From Bacteroidales bacterium (GTDB taxonomy: Bacteria > Bacteroidota > Bacteroidia > Bacteroidales > WCHB1-69): 64,000 nt of DNA. Below, one piece after another: positions 39,564-49,100 of the stretch. The first letter of the stretch is position 1; each line of letters begins with the position of its first letter. The notes beneath the pieces were generated by a model that was given only the letters and a program-made list of their open reading frames with translations, was not told where the DNA came from and made no database searches. Position numbers and translations under genes: made by a program. The DNA lies in NCBI GenBank assembly GCA_017962845.1, contig JAGCUN010000006.1, positions 2,336 to 66,335 on the forward strand, written 5' to 3'.

Positions 39564-39587
39564 GGCTCCCTTCCGTCACCTTCCCCA

Positions 39588-40940
39588 CTATTTGGCCGTT
39601 TCTCGGTATGAAATCAACGCGGCAGCATTCAAAACCACCGCCATCACCGCCAACACGATGAACTGCGTCCGGATATTATCCACTGTACTTCCCTTCAAAA
39701 TCACCGTCTTCATCGCCGACATGAAGAACGACATCGGATTGGCATAGTTAAGGTACGACGCCCATTGTGGCATACCCTCTACGGGAGTGAGGATACCGCT
39801 GAGCATCACAAAGAGGATAAACAGGAAAAAGACGATGAACATGGCCTGCAACTGGTTGGATGCCATGCTGGAGATAAAAAATCCCAATCCCAGCATCACA
39901 AGCAGATACACGGTGGTGAGGCCAAACACCAACAGCAGACTTCCCTGTATGTGAATGCCAAATAGTAGGTTCATGATCAAGAGCCCCGCACCGAACTCCA
40001 CCAAACCGAGAATCAGGAAGGGAATCATCTTACCCAACAGGAACTGCCATTTCTTGATGGGCGTGACATTCACCTGCTCAATAGTACCTAACTCCTTTTC
40101 TCTCACAATGTTAAGGGCTGTCACGTAGGCCCCGATGAGCGTCACCAGGATGATGAGCAAGCCAGGTACGATGAGGTTCTTGTAGTTCATCTGCTCGTTG
40201 AACCAATACACGTTGGTGGTAACCAGCTGAGCCAGCTGCTGATTCATGGCGCGGGTGGCCACCGCCGACTGCTTGGCACGCTCGGCGCGTTCGGCCTTCT
40301 CGGCCTGCCGCTCCATCACCTCCTGCTCGCGCTGCGCCCGCTGCATCCGCTCCGACAGCTGCAACTGCATCTTCTGCATGTCCTGTCCTTCCCCACCCTG
40401 CAAGGCCAACGATGACACTGAAGCCGTCTCCACCTCCGAAAAGTCATCACTATCATCCTCTGTTCCAGCACTTATCGGTGATACTTTCGGCGTTGAAGCA
40501 GCCATCGTCATGAAATAGTTGCCCAACACCGTCTGCACATACTCGCTGCCCAACCCCGCCTTCACCGTGTTAATGGCATTGGCGGTAATATGCACCTTCA
40601 CCGGCTCCTGCCGCACCAGCGACTTCTCAAAATCAGCCGGAAATTCCACGATAAAGTCCACCTTGTCGGCCCGCATCAAGGCTTCAGCCTCCTGCCGCGA
40701 CTCCACAACTCCCTCATTGATAAAGTATTTTGAGGCAGAAAACGTGGAAAGAATATCGGTGGTCATGGTCGAACGGTCATGGTCCACAAAAACCACCTTC
40801 ACATTCTTAATCTCATAGTCGGCAGTATAAGGGAAGAGCAAAAATTCGGCCAAAGGAGCCAATATCAGAATCTTCCACAACAAAGAATTGCGGAAAACCT
40901 GCAAAAACTCCTTTTTTATCAACATCAATATTACTCTCAT
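39588..40940 (-). CDS. ABC-2 exporter permease (YbhR-like) with a coiled-coil insertion
   Basis: KKEFLQVFR, IVREKELGTIEQVNVTP, LSG..TPVEGMP. Confidence 0.9.
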   Translation of the reverse strand: MRVILMLIKKEFLQVFRNSLLWKILILAPLAEFLLFPYTADYEIKNVKVVFVDHDRSTMTTDILSTFSASKYFINEGVVESRQEAEALMRADKVDFIVEFPADFEKSLVRQEPVKVHITANAINTVKAGLGSEYVQTVLGNYFMTMAASTPKVSPISAGTEDDSDDFSEVETASVSSLALQGGEGQDMQKMQLQLSERMQRAQREQEVMERQAEKAERAERAKQSAVATRAMNQQLAQLVTTNVYWFNEQMNYKNLIVPGLLIILVTLIGAYVTALNIVREKELGTIEQVNVTPIKKWQFLLGKMIPFLILGLVEFGAGLLIMNLLFGIHIQGSLLLVFGLTTVYLLVMLGLGFFISSMASNQLQAMFIVFFLFILFVMLSGILTPVEGMPQWASYLNYANPMSFFMSAMKTVILKGSTVDNIRTQFIVLAVMAVVLNAAALISYRETAK

Positions 40941-40943
40941 CGC

Positions 40944-42047
40944 TTACCTCCTCCTATCTAATCGTGTCATACTAAATGCCATCAACACCACTGCCATGCC
41001 AAAAAGAATGACCATGTACAACCAAATATCCAAGAAGCCAGATCCCTTGAGCATCACATCTTTAATGGCAATAATGAACCATTTGCCCGGGAAAATATTG
41101 GCCAAGATCTGGAAGAAAAATGGCATATTGTCGATGGGGAAAAGAAAGCCCGACAGCAATGCCGTGGGCAGGAAAAGTCCCATCATGGTGATCATCATGG
41201 CGTCGAGCTGCGTCTTGACCATTGCGGAGATGGCCATACCGAACGAGGCCGACGTAAGCATAAAGACTATGCATAAAAGTAGCAGAAGCCACACACTTCC
41301 GTTGATGGGCATGTGGAACACTACCACGCTGATAATGATGATGATAAGGGTAGAAATGAAAGAGAGAATCATATAGGGAATAACCTTCCCGATGACCACA
41401 TACACCTTCTTCACCGGCGCGATGAGGAGCATCCGCATTGTGCCCGTCTCCACCTCCCGCGACAGCGTGATGGACGACATCAGCGCGGTGACAATAATCA
41501 TGATTAGGGTGATGATGCCCGGCACGAACATATATACGCTGTTGGCCTCCGGATTGTACATCATCTGCGAAGTCAGCTCAATGGCATTCACCGAGCCCTC
41601 CGCGGCATTGTAATCGCTGGTGAAGTCGTTGAGTATCAGCTTAACATAGTTATTCAAGATGGATGCGACGTTCATATCCGACACATCGCTGATGATCTGT
41701 ATGGTGACAAATTTTTCCCCAGTCAGTTGCTCCTCAAAATTGGGCGGGATGATGATGGCCAATTTTACATTTTTCTCCTTAAAATCGCCGTCAATTTCCG
41801 ACTCCGCATTGGGATACGACACTACCTCGAAATATCCTGAAGAGGTGATTTTATCCACCAACGCCTTCGACTGCGAGTCTTTAGAGAGGTCGAGCACGGA
41901 AATTTTGGCATGACTGATGTCCATGCTGATGGTGAAACCGAAGAGCAGCACCAACATGATGGGGATGGCCAACACCAGAAAAAGGGTAATTCGGTCACGG
42001 AAAATGTGAGTGAACTCTTTTTTCAAAATTTGACGCAACTCCTTCAT
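40944..42047 (-). CDS. ABC-2 exporter permease (YbhS-like)
   Basis: KKEFTHIFRD, YNP, FVPG, REVETGTM, LLSGFLFPIDNMP; likely start ATG 42047. Confidence 0.9.
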   Translation of the reverse strand: MKELRQILKKEFTHIFRDRITLFLVLAIPIMLVLLFGFTISMDISHAKISVLDLSKDSQSKALVDKITSSGYFEVVSYPNAESEIDGDFKEKNVKLAIIIPPNFEEQLTGEKFVTIQIISDVSDMNVASILNNYVKLILNDFTSDYNAAEGSVNAIELTSQMMYNPEANSVYMFVPGIITLIMIIVTALMSSITLSREVETGTMRMLLIAPVKKVYVVIGKVIPYMILSFISTLIIIIISVVVFHMPINGSVWLLLLLCIVFMLTSASFGMAISAMVKTQLDAMMITMMGLFLPTALLSGFLFPIDNMPFFFQILANIFPGKWFIIAIKDVMLKGSGFLDIWLYMVILFGMAVVLMAFSMTRLDRRR

Positions 42048-42057
42048 AACCAGCCCC

Positions 42058-42813
42058 TCATCGTTGAACAAATTTCACAAAAACATCCTCAATGGTATCC
42101 ACCTGCATCTGCTCTTTCAACTCCGCAGGTGTGCCCACCAACTTCAACTGACCGCTCGACATGATGGAGATACGACCGCAATACTCGGCCTCATCCATGT
42201 AATGCGTAGTTACAAAGATAGTTACGCCTTGTGAGGCGGCCTCATAGATCAGGTTCCAGAACTCACGCCGCACGATGGGATCGACACCGCTGGTCGGCTC
42301 GTCCAAGAAGACGATCTGCGGACGATGCAGCATGGCCGTAGCAAACGCCAACTTCTGCTTCCACCCGAGCGGGATAGAATAGACCAGTGTCTTGGCCTTA
42401 TCTTCCAAGTCTAACATCCTCAAACTGGAATAGATACGCTCTTTCAGCTCCTTACTCGGAATGCCGTAGATTGTGCCAAAAAGTTGCATATTCTCGAACA
42501 CAGAGAGGTCGTCATAGAGCGAAAAACGCTGGCTCATATAGCCGATATTCCGCTTGATAAACTTCGATTGGGTCTTGAGGTCGTAACCGGCGATGAGGGC
42601 AGAGCCCTCGGTGGGCTGCAGCAGTCCGCACAACATACGGATGGCGGTAGTCTTGCCGGCGCCATTGGCTCCAAGGAAGCCGAAAATCTCGCCTTTCTTC
42701 ACGGAAAAAGAGATATGGTCCACCGCCGTAAACTCGCCAAAACGGCGGGTCAGCCCCTTCACATCAATAGAGTAAGGGGTATCAACAGCAGTATTGGAGC
42801 GGAATATTTTCAT
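42058..42813 (-). CDS. ABC exporter ATP-binding protein (second YbhF-type half)
   Basis: GANGAGKTT, degenerate signature PLGWKQK, LDEPTSGVD, THYMDEAE. Confidence 0.93.
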   Translation of the reverse strand: MKIFRSNTAVDTPYSIDVKGLTRRFGEFTAVDHISFSVKKGEIFGFLGANGAGKTTAIRMLCGLLQPTEGSALIAGYDLKTQSKFIKRNIGYMSQRFSLYDDLSVFENMQLFGTIYGIPSKELKERIYSSLRMLDLEDKAKTLVYSIPLGWKQKLAFATAMLHRPQIVFLDEPTSGVDPIVRREFWNLIYEAASQGVTIFVTTHYMDEAEYCGRISIMSSGQLKLVGTPAELKEQMQVDTIEDVFVKFVQR

Positions 42814-42814
42814 C

Positions 42815-43729
42815 TCAATTTCCTTTTACAATTTCAATGAAACAATCTTCTATATTAGGTTCTATCTGTTCGATTTCTCCGTGAGTTATATTATTTTGTT
42901 GAAGAAACGCTTCAAATTCAGGAATTACCTTTTCCAGAGGTTCATAGAAGATGACGTGCAAGTTTTCGCCGTAGGGATAGAAGGTGCAGTGGGCGGTGTA
43001 ATGCTCCATGACTTTTAGCAGCTGGAAGATGTCGGGCGTTTGCAGCGTCACGAGGTGTCCGTTGAAGTCTCTGACGATATTCTTCGGCGTATCCATGCGC
43101 ATAATCCGGCCGTCTTGCATCAGGGCGATGCGGTCGCAGAGGGTGGCCTCGTCCATGTAGGGGGTGGAGACCATGACGGAGATGCCCTGCTGTTTGATGG
43201 AGCGCAGGATCTCCCAAAACTCCTTACGGGAGACGGGGTCAACGCCGGTGGTAGGTTCATCGAGGAAGAGCAGTACCGGCTTGTGTATCAGGGCGCAACA
43301 GAGGGCGAGTTTCTGCTTCATGCCGCCCGACAGTTTGCCGGCGAAACGCTTTTTGAACGGCTCAATCTGCGACCAGATGGAGGCGATAAGCGGCATATTC
43401 TCTTTGATGGAACTTTGGTACATGGTGGCGAAAAACACGAGGTTTTCCTCCACGGTGAGGTCTGGATAGAGCGAGAAGGTGCCGGGCAGATAGCCGATAT
43501 GCTTGCGGATTTCGAGGTAGCGGGTGCGCACGTCGAGTCCCAGCACGGCAGCATCTCCCGAGTCGGGCAGCAGCAACGTGGTGAGGATGTTGAAAAGGGT
43601 GGACTTCCCTGCCCCATCGGGACCTACCACACCGAACACCTCGGCCTCGTCCACCTCGAAACTGACATCGCGGAGGGCGTGCACCTTGCCGTACGACTTA
43701 TCCAGATGGGAGACACTGATGACCGACAT
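42815..43729 (-). CDS. ABC exporter ATP-binding protein (first YbhF-type half)
   Basis: GPDGAGKST, LSGGMKQK, LDEPTTGVD, STPYMDEA. Confidence 0.93.
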   Translation of the reverse strand: MSVISVSHLDKSYGKVHALRDVSFEVDEAEVFGVVGPDGAGKSTLFNILTTLLLPDSGDAAVLGLDVRTRYLEIRKHIGYLPGTFSLYPDLTVEENLVFFATMYQSSIKENMPLIASIWSQIEPFKKRFAGKLSGGMKQKLALCCALIHKPVLLFLDEPTTGVDPVSRKEFWEILRSIKQQGISVMVSTPYMDEATLCDRIALMQDGRIMRMDTPKNIVRDFNGHLVTLQTPDIFQLLKVMEHYTAHCTFYPYGENLHVIFYEPLEKVIPEFEAFLQQNNITHGEIEQIEPNIEDCFIEIVKGN

Positions 43730-43735
43730 CGGCAA

Positions 43736-44656
43736 CTATTTGAAATAGACATCTCCGGGCATTCCGATCTTGGCGGAGCCGTCGTTTTTGAAGCTCACCT
43801 TCACCGCATACACCATGTTGGCGCGCTCCTTCTTCGTGACAATCATCTTGGGCGTGAACTCGGCCTTGTCGGAGATCCAGCTCACCTTTCCTTTGATGAC
43901 ACGATCCTTACCGCTTTCCGTATCAATGTGGATTTCAGCACCTTGTCCGACCTTAATTGTGGAAAGCTGGTCTTCGGTGACATACACTTTGATGGACATG
44001 TTGGTGATGTCGGCGATCTTGAACAGCGGTTTGCCCGGATAGGCCAGCTCGTTAGGTTCGATATATTTTTTCAGCACGGTGCCGGTGATGGGCGCGGTGA
44101 TTTTGCACTTGTCGAGGCCGTTCTGGAGGCGGGCCATCTGGATCCGCATAGCCTCCACATTCTCGAGGATGGCCGCCGACTGGGTGCCGAGGGTGGATTT
44201 GGTGGCAGCGATCTGACTTTTCAAGATCTTGATCTGCGCATCAACATCATCCAACTGTTTGGTAGTCGCAGCGTTAGCATCAACAAGGGTGGCCACGCGG
44301 TTGCGCTCGCGCTCCATGGTTTGCAGCTGGGCCTGCAAGGTGTTGAGCTGCGACGGGATGTCGGGGCGGCTGGCCAGCGTGGCGCGGATTTTCACCTCCA
44401 ACTGCTGGATTTGCAGGGCCAAATCCATGGTGTCGGTATAGCCGAGCAGGTCGCCAGCCTGATAGTTCTTTCCTTCCTGCACGTCGAATTCGAGTAGTTT
44501 GCCGTTACTTTCGGCAGAGACAACGATCTCGGTCGCATAGAACACGCCGTGAGCATCCGCTTCTTCGCCATCGTTACCGCAGGACACGAAACCAAAAGCC
44601 GCCGTGGCAAAAAACAATGACCATAACAGTCTCTTCCCAACAAATAATCTTCTCAT
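43736..44656 (-). CDS. HlyD family periplasmic adaptor (YbhG-like lipoprotein)
   Basis: Lipobox VSC; ATEIVVSAE, ITAPITGTV, AEFTPK..TK.ERANMVYAVK, GMPG; TAATTTTG box at 44722-44729. Confidence 0.9.
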   Translation of the reverse strand: MRRLFVGKRLLWSLFFATAAFGFVSCGNDGEEADAHGVFYATEIVVSAESNGKLLEFDVQEGKNYQAGDLLGYTDTMDLALQIQQLEVKIRATLASRPDIPSQLNTLQAQLQTMERERNRVATLVDANAATTKQLDDVDAQIKILKSQIAATKSTLGTQSAAILENVEAMRIQMARLQNGLDKCKITAPITGTVLKKYIEPNELAYPGKPLFKIADITNMSIKVYVTEDQLSTIKVGQGAEIHIDTESGKDRVIKGKVSWISDKAEFTPKMIVTKKERANMVYAVKVSFKNDGSAKIGMPGDVYFK

Positions 44657-45024
44657 AAATTTCTTTAAATAATTATGTTACAACAATTTAATGAGAGGCA
44701 TAAACCCATGTATAGGTTATGCAAAATTAGCAAAAATAAACATCCAACATCAACGATAGTAAAAAATTTTTTCAGCAGCAACGACATGCGGAAATCAGCA
44801 ACATTTTCTCCGAAAAACAAGACATACCGATATACACTTCACCAGTACTATCTGCCATTTTTTGACAAAGTCCACCCTATTTTTATTTGTAGTATTACTT
44901 TAATAAATTATTATAAATATATTATTATAAAATAATTGAATAAAAACTATATTAATTAATAAATGTCATCTTGTTCCCTCATATTTTTTTTCATAAAAGA
45001 TGACGGAGTGAAACAAAAAAAGTT

Positions 45025-45032
45025 TAATTTTG
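45025..45032 (+). promoter_or_regulatory. -7 box (TAATTTTG) of the tRNA gene
   Basis: Consensus box 10 bp upstream of the tRNA 5' end. Confidence 0.75.
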
Positions 45033-45042
45033 CAACTCGAAT

Positions 45043-45117
45043 AGAGGGGTAGAGCAGTGGTAGATCGTCGGGCTCATAATCCGGAGTTCGCAGGTTCGAG
45101 TCCTGCCCCCTCTACCA
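45043..45117 (+). tRNA. tRNA-Met (CAT), initiator-like but atypical
   Basis: Cloverleaf: AGAGGGG/CCCCTCT acceptor, GAGC/GATC D-stem, TCGGG-CTCATAA-TCCGG anticodon arm, GCAGG-TTCGAGT-CCTGC T-arm, A73, encoded CCA. Confidence 0.92.
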
Positions 45118-45154
45118 AAAAAGCTGAAAATCAGAATTGGTTTTCAGCTTTTTT
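45117..45154. terminator. Bidirectional terminator after the tRNA
   Basis: AAAAAAGCTGAAAATCA-GAAT-TGGTTTTCAGCTTTTTT. Confidence 0.88.
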
Positions 45155-45181
45155 ATTGGCAATCCTAACTGTTTCTTTTCC

Positions 45182-46117
45182 CTACCACCTGCTGAGATTT
45201 TCAGCGATGATGTCGGCGCGTTTCTCGAATGCCTGCAAGGTGGCGAATGCCACGTGGGGGGTCACCACCGTGTTGGGCAGGTGCGCCAAGGGGTAGTCGG
45301 CGGGAATGGGCGGTTCCATATCGAACACATCGATGCCAGCCCCTGCGATTTTCTTTTCGCGCAGCGCCTCCACCAGGGATTCGGTATCCACTACCCCACC
45401 CCGCGCCGTGTTAATGAGCAAGGCGTTAGGCTTCATCAGCTGGAGTTCGTGTTTTCCCACCAGTCCGCGCGTCTCGCTGTTGAGCGGCGTGTGCAGCGAC
45501 ACGATGTCGCACTGGCTGAAGAGTTCATCTTTCGTCACCAAAGTCACGCCGGGATAGGGTTTCGGGGTGCGGGTATGGGCATACACCTCGCAGCCGAAGG
45601 CGTTGGCGATGTCGGCCACACGCTTGCCGATGGCGCCGAGTCCGAGAATGCCGAACTTCTTGCCGGCCAGCTCGAAGCCCACGAGTCCGGCCTTAGTGCC
45701 CTGCTCGCGGCACACCACGTTGCAGGCGGGAATGTTGCGCGCCAACGACAGCACCAGTCCGAACACCAAGTCGGCGACGGCCACGGTGGAGTAGCCCGCA
45801 CAGTTCTTCACTTCAATGCCTCTTTCGGCACAGTACTCCAGATCGATATGATCCATGCCGGTAAAGGCCACACAGATACGTTTCAGGTCGGGGCAACGCT
45901 CCATCACCTCGCGGCGGTAGGGAATGTTGGAAAGCACCACGGTGTCAGCGCCCTGACTGCGCGCCACCAACGTCTCCACATCCTCCTTGCGATCTGGATA
46001 GAGTACCAATTGATGCCCCTCTCCTATCTTGTTGACAATACGTCTTTTCAAATCCTCGGCAGGGATGCCTAATGGTTCTAAAACTGCAATATTCATGGTT
46101 TTGATTTCTGGTTTCAT
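45182..46117 (-). CDS. D-isomer-specific 2-hydroxyacid dehydrogenase
   Basis: GLGAIG, DIVSLHTPL, MKPNALLINTARG, DVFDMEP, TPHVA; start may be ATG 46096. Confidence 0.92.
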   Translation of the reverse strand: MKPEIKTMNIAVLEPLGIPAEDLKRRIVNKIGEGHQLVLYPDRKEDVETLVARSQGADTVVLSNIPYRREVMERCPDLKRICVAFTGMDHIDLEYCAERGIEVKNCAGYSTVAVADLVFGLVLSLARNIPACNVVCREQGTKAGLVGFELAGKKFGILGLGAIGKRVADIANAFGCEVYAHTRTPKPYPGVTLVTKDELFSQCDIVSLHTPLNSETRGLVGKHELQLMKPNALLINTARGGVVDTESLVEALREKKIAGAGIDVFDMEPPIPADYPLAHLPNTVVTPHVAFATLQAFEKRADIIAENLSRW

Positions 46118-46124
46118 GATTCAT

Positions 46125-46152
46125 GTAGAGACGTAGCGCGCTACGTCTCTAC
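46125..46152. repeat. Perfect 28-bp GTAG-type REP palindrome
   Basis: GTAGAGACGTAGCG|CGCTACGTCTCTAC in the intergenic gap after the C25 peptidase stop. Confidence 0.85.
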
Positions 46153-46195
46153 GGTACAATTTTTTTGTTCAATAAATGGCAACAGCCATTCCGAA

Positions 46196-49100
46196 TTATT
46201 CGGCAGCACGAACGATTTTGCCCGTCCATACCCCATCTTCATTATACAAAGAGATGAGGTAGAGTCCGCTTCGCAAATCATTGATATTAAGCTGATAATC
46301 GCTATTACCGCCCGTGATGGTGCGGTGTTGAATCTGGCGACCATTCATATCAAACAGTACCAGTTGGTAGCCCTTGTCGGATGAAGGCAATGAGATAGTG
46401 ACCTGCTGGGTGGCCGGCACCGGATACACATTCAACAGAGAGCGTTGAGCCTCTTCCACTGCCAGTGGAGCCATGTCGCCGTTCATCGGGAAGTTGATGT
46501 AGTCGATGCGGGCGGTGGAAGAGCTGCCGCCATAACTGTCACGTGTGAACACGAAACGGATGGTGTGGGTACCTGCGGATATCGGGAAGGCGGCACGCGA
46601 CCAATTCTCGGTAGAAGAAACCGTCTCTATGACATTGTTGTCGATATAAAAAGTAAAATTATCGGAGCCGAACCAGCTGCTACCCGCCGTATATTTGCGA
46701 TAATAGGAGATGGTATCGTTGGCGGTGGCCGTAACCGACAGACTCAAGGTGCAGCTGCTACCCGAACTCAAGTTACTTTTTGACACTGCACAATAACTTC
46801 CTTCATACGCACCATTTCCAACGCTCCACGCATTGCTGCTGTTGGTCCAGTTGAACTTGGAGAAATCACCCGTTTCAAAATCTTCAACACATTCACCCAC
46901 AAAGAGATAAACCGTATCGGTAATAGAATATGCACCTGCATAAATAGTATGGACGAACGGCACGATGAACGGTTCCGGCACATTGTCGCTGACCTGGATG
47001 GTAAATTCCGAGACGGCATTGCCCATCGCATCGATACTGCCGAGGGCGAGGTCGTCATTCACGATCGTCACCTGGTCGTAGAAGCAGGACAGATGCGAGT
47101 AGGCGTCAGCGGCGGGGGCGTGACCCGTATTGCGGGTAGTGATGCGGAGCATGGCCGTCTCGCCTGGATTGATGGCGGTATTGCCATTGCCTTCCAGTTC
47201 AGCATAACTCACTGCGGCATTGGAAAGTGACGGGGCTTGCAAGGTCAGGTTGAAATTGCAGGTAGTGGTCTGATTTCCGTTGAAAGTGGTAGTGATGGTG
47301 AAGGGGACCATGGTGTTGTCGGCAATATCATCGTGGATGTAGATGGAGAATGCGCCATCGACAGACTGTTGCTCTGAAACGCCAAGGGAGGCCAATGTGG
47401 TGGTATTCTCCACAATAGTAACGTCTGATGAGGTGGTGGACAGCACAGCGGAGATGTTGGAGGCATCGGCCACGCCCAGATTCCGGAGGGTGGCGTTGAT
47501 GCTGACGGTCGCGTTATAGTTAGGCTCGTTAGCGGCGGCCAGCTGCGGGTTGGCCGTCACTACGTAAGCATCGTTGGGGGCTATCACGTTGATAGTTTGG
47601 AAGAACGGCTGGTAGCCTTGTGCTGTGGCAGCGATCTCGTAGGGGTTGCCCGGGACGAGAGGGGCAAACGAAAGATTCGCCGTACCCGTGGCATCAGCCA
47701 TAGAGGCCCCTATCACTACGCCGTTCTCAGTGAGGGCAACGTATGCGTATGGCACAGCCTGCACGGTGAGGGTGGAGAGACCGGCCACCAGATCTGCATC
47801 TGCCGAAACCGGCATCGGGACCGGGTTGGTGAGCCACGGCAGCATCGATGGGTCACCCATCAGGTGGTAGATTTCCCAATAATACAGTTTGCGGGAAGAG
47901 GTGGAGGACTCGACAGAGAGGTTACCGGAGGTGATGATGGAGCCGGCCATGACATACCAGTCGCTGAAAGGTTCACCATGGGTGTGGAACATACGGTCGT
48001 AGGCGCCGAGGTGGGCGGCTTCGTAGGTGGGATTGGCATTGATATTGGAACGCAAGCCCACCGACCAGTAGTAATCTTCATCCCAGTAGGTACTGTTGCT
48101 ACCGCCAATGTAGCCGGAAGCTCCCTTCTTTTCAGCGCGGAGGATAGCTTCACCGAAACACTCACTATCATCAAACTTGTTGGATAGGCAGCAGTTACCG
48201 ACCATGAAGCCATACTTGTCGGCATTGTTCATGCTCGGGATGTGATTGGTCTCGAACACGGGGTCGGACCATCCTTCGGAACTACAATGTGCCGTGTAGT
48301 TGGCATAGCCGACGCCAGCGCCAATCTCAGCACGTATAGTGGCTGCTTGACTGGAGCTGTTGTAAAGATGAACATATACATTGGAGTAGCCGAAAGCGGT
48401 GTTGACATAGTTGTTTGACAAATAGTTGATTTGGCCATTGGCATGGGTGGGACCGTAATTACCATCGGTGCCGGCCACGAGCACAGCATCATTCAAGTAA
48501 GCAGGATCGGGCATGGCGTATTGTTCATATTGCATCACCTTTTCCAGAATGTTGGCCAGCTGGTTGGCGTTCTGGGCAGAGAAACGGCCGTAGAAGCAAT
48601 CGGGGATATTATCGCCATCGGTCCAAGTAAAATAGTAGAGGTCGGTGACATGCGACTCGCCAGAGACATGGGTGGAGAAGGCGGGGATCTGCGCCACGTC
48701 GCCCACCAGCAGCACGAAGGTAGGAGCTGGGTTGTTGTCTGTAGCATTATTATATAAAGACTTGATATAATTGGAAATAGACGTGGTTGTGGTGCCCACC
48801 TGCGGGTCGTCGGTATAGGCGACATCCACCAACAGTCCTTGTCGTTGCTTCCATGCGATGAAGCTGTCGAGCTGGCCGCGGAACATGCTGTGAGACACAA
48901 TGAGCATCTTGACGGGACGGTTATAGACCTCCTCGCGGTTTTGCGGCTGCATCGGGTTGAGCACGCGGGAGGCCAAACCATTCACAAAGGCGTTGCCGTG
49001 CAGCGATTTCATGGTGTAAGTGGCCGGCAGGTCGGGATTGTCGAACTCTACCAAAATCTCCACCTCATCATAAACACGGATGGTGCGGGTGACGGGGTTG

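Noticed and set aside
43040-44497. Long antisense ORFs (485 aa here; also 3192-3983, 10105-11028, 45137-46072, 61159-62010)
   Set aside because: Shadow frames opposite well-supported genes, expected from biased third-position codon usage; no recognisable motifs.
44880-45004. Replication origin in the very AT-rich tract
   Set aside because: No DnaA-box cluster was recognised; the tract is explained by divergent promoter DNA.
44660-45180. Island or prophage integrated at the tRNA
   Set aside because: No integrase, and no duplicate of the tRNA 3' end was noticed; the tRNA is followed directly by its terminator.
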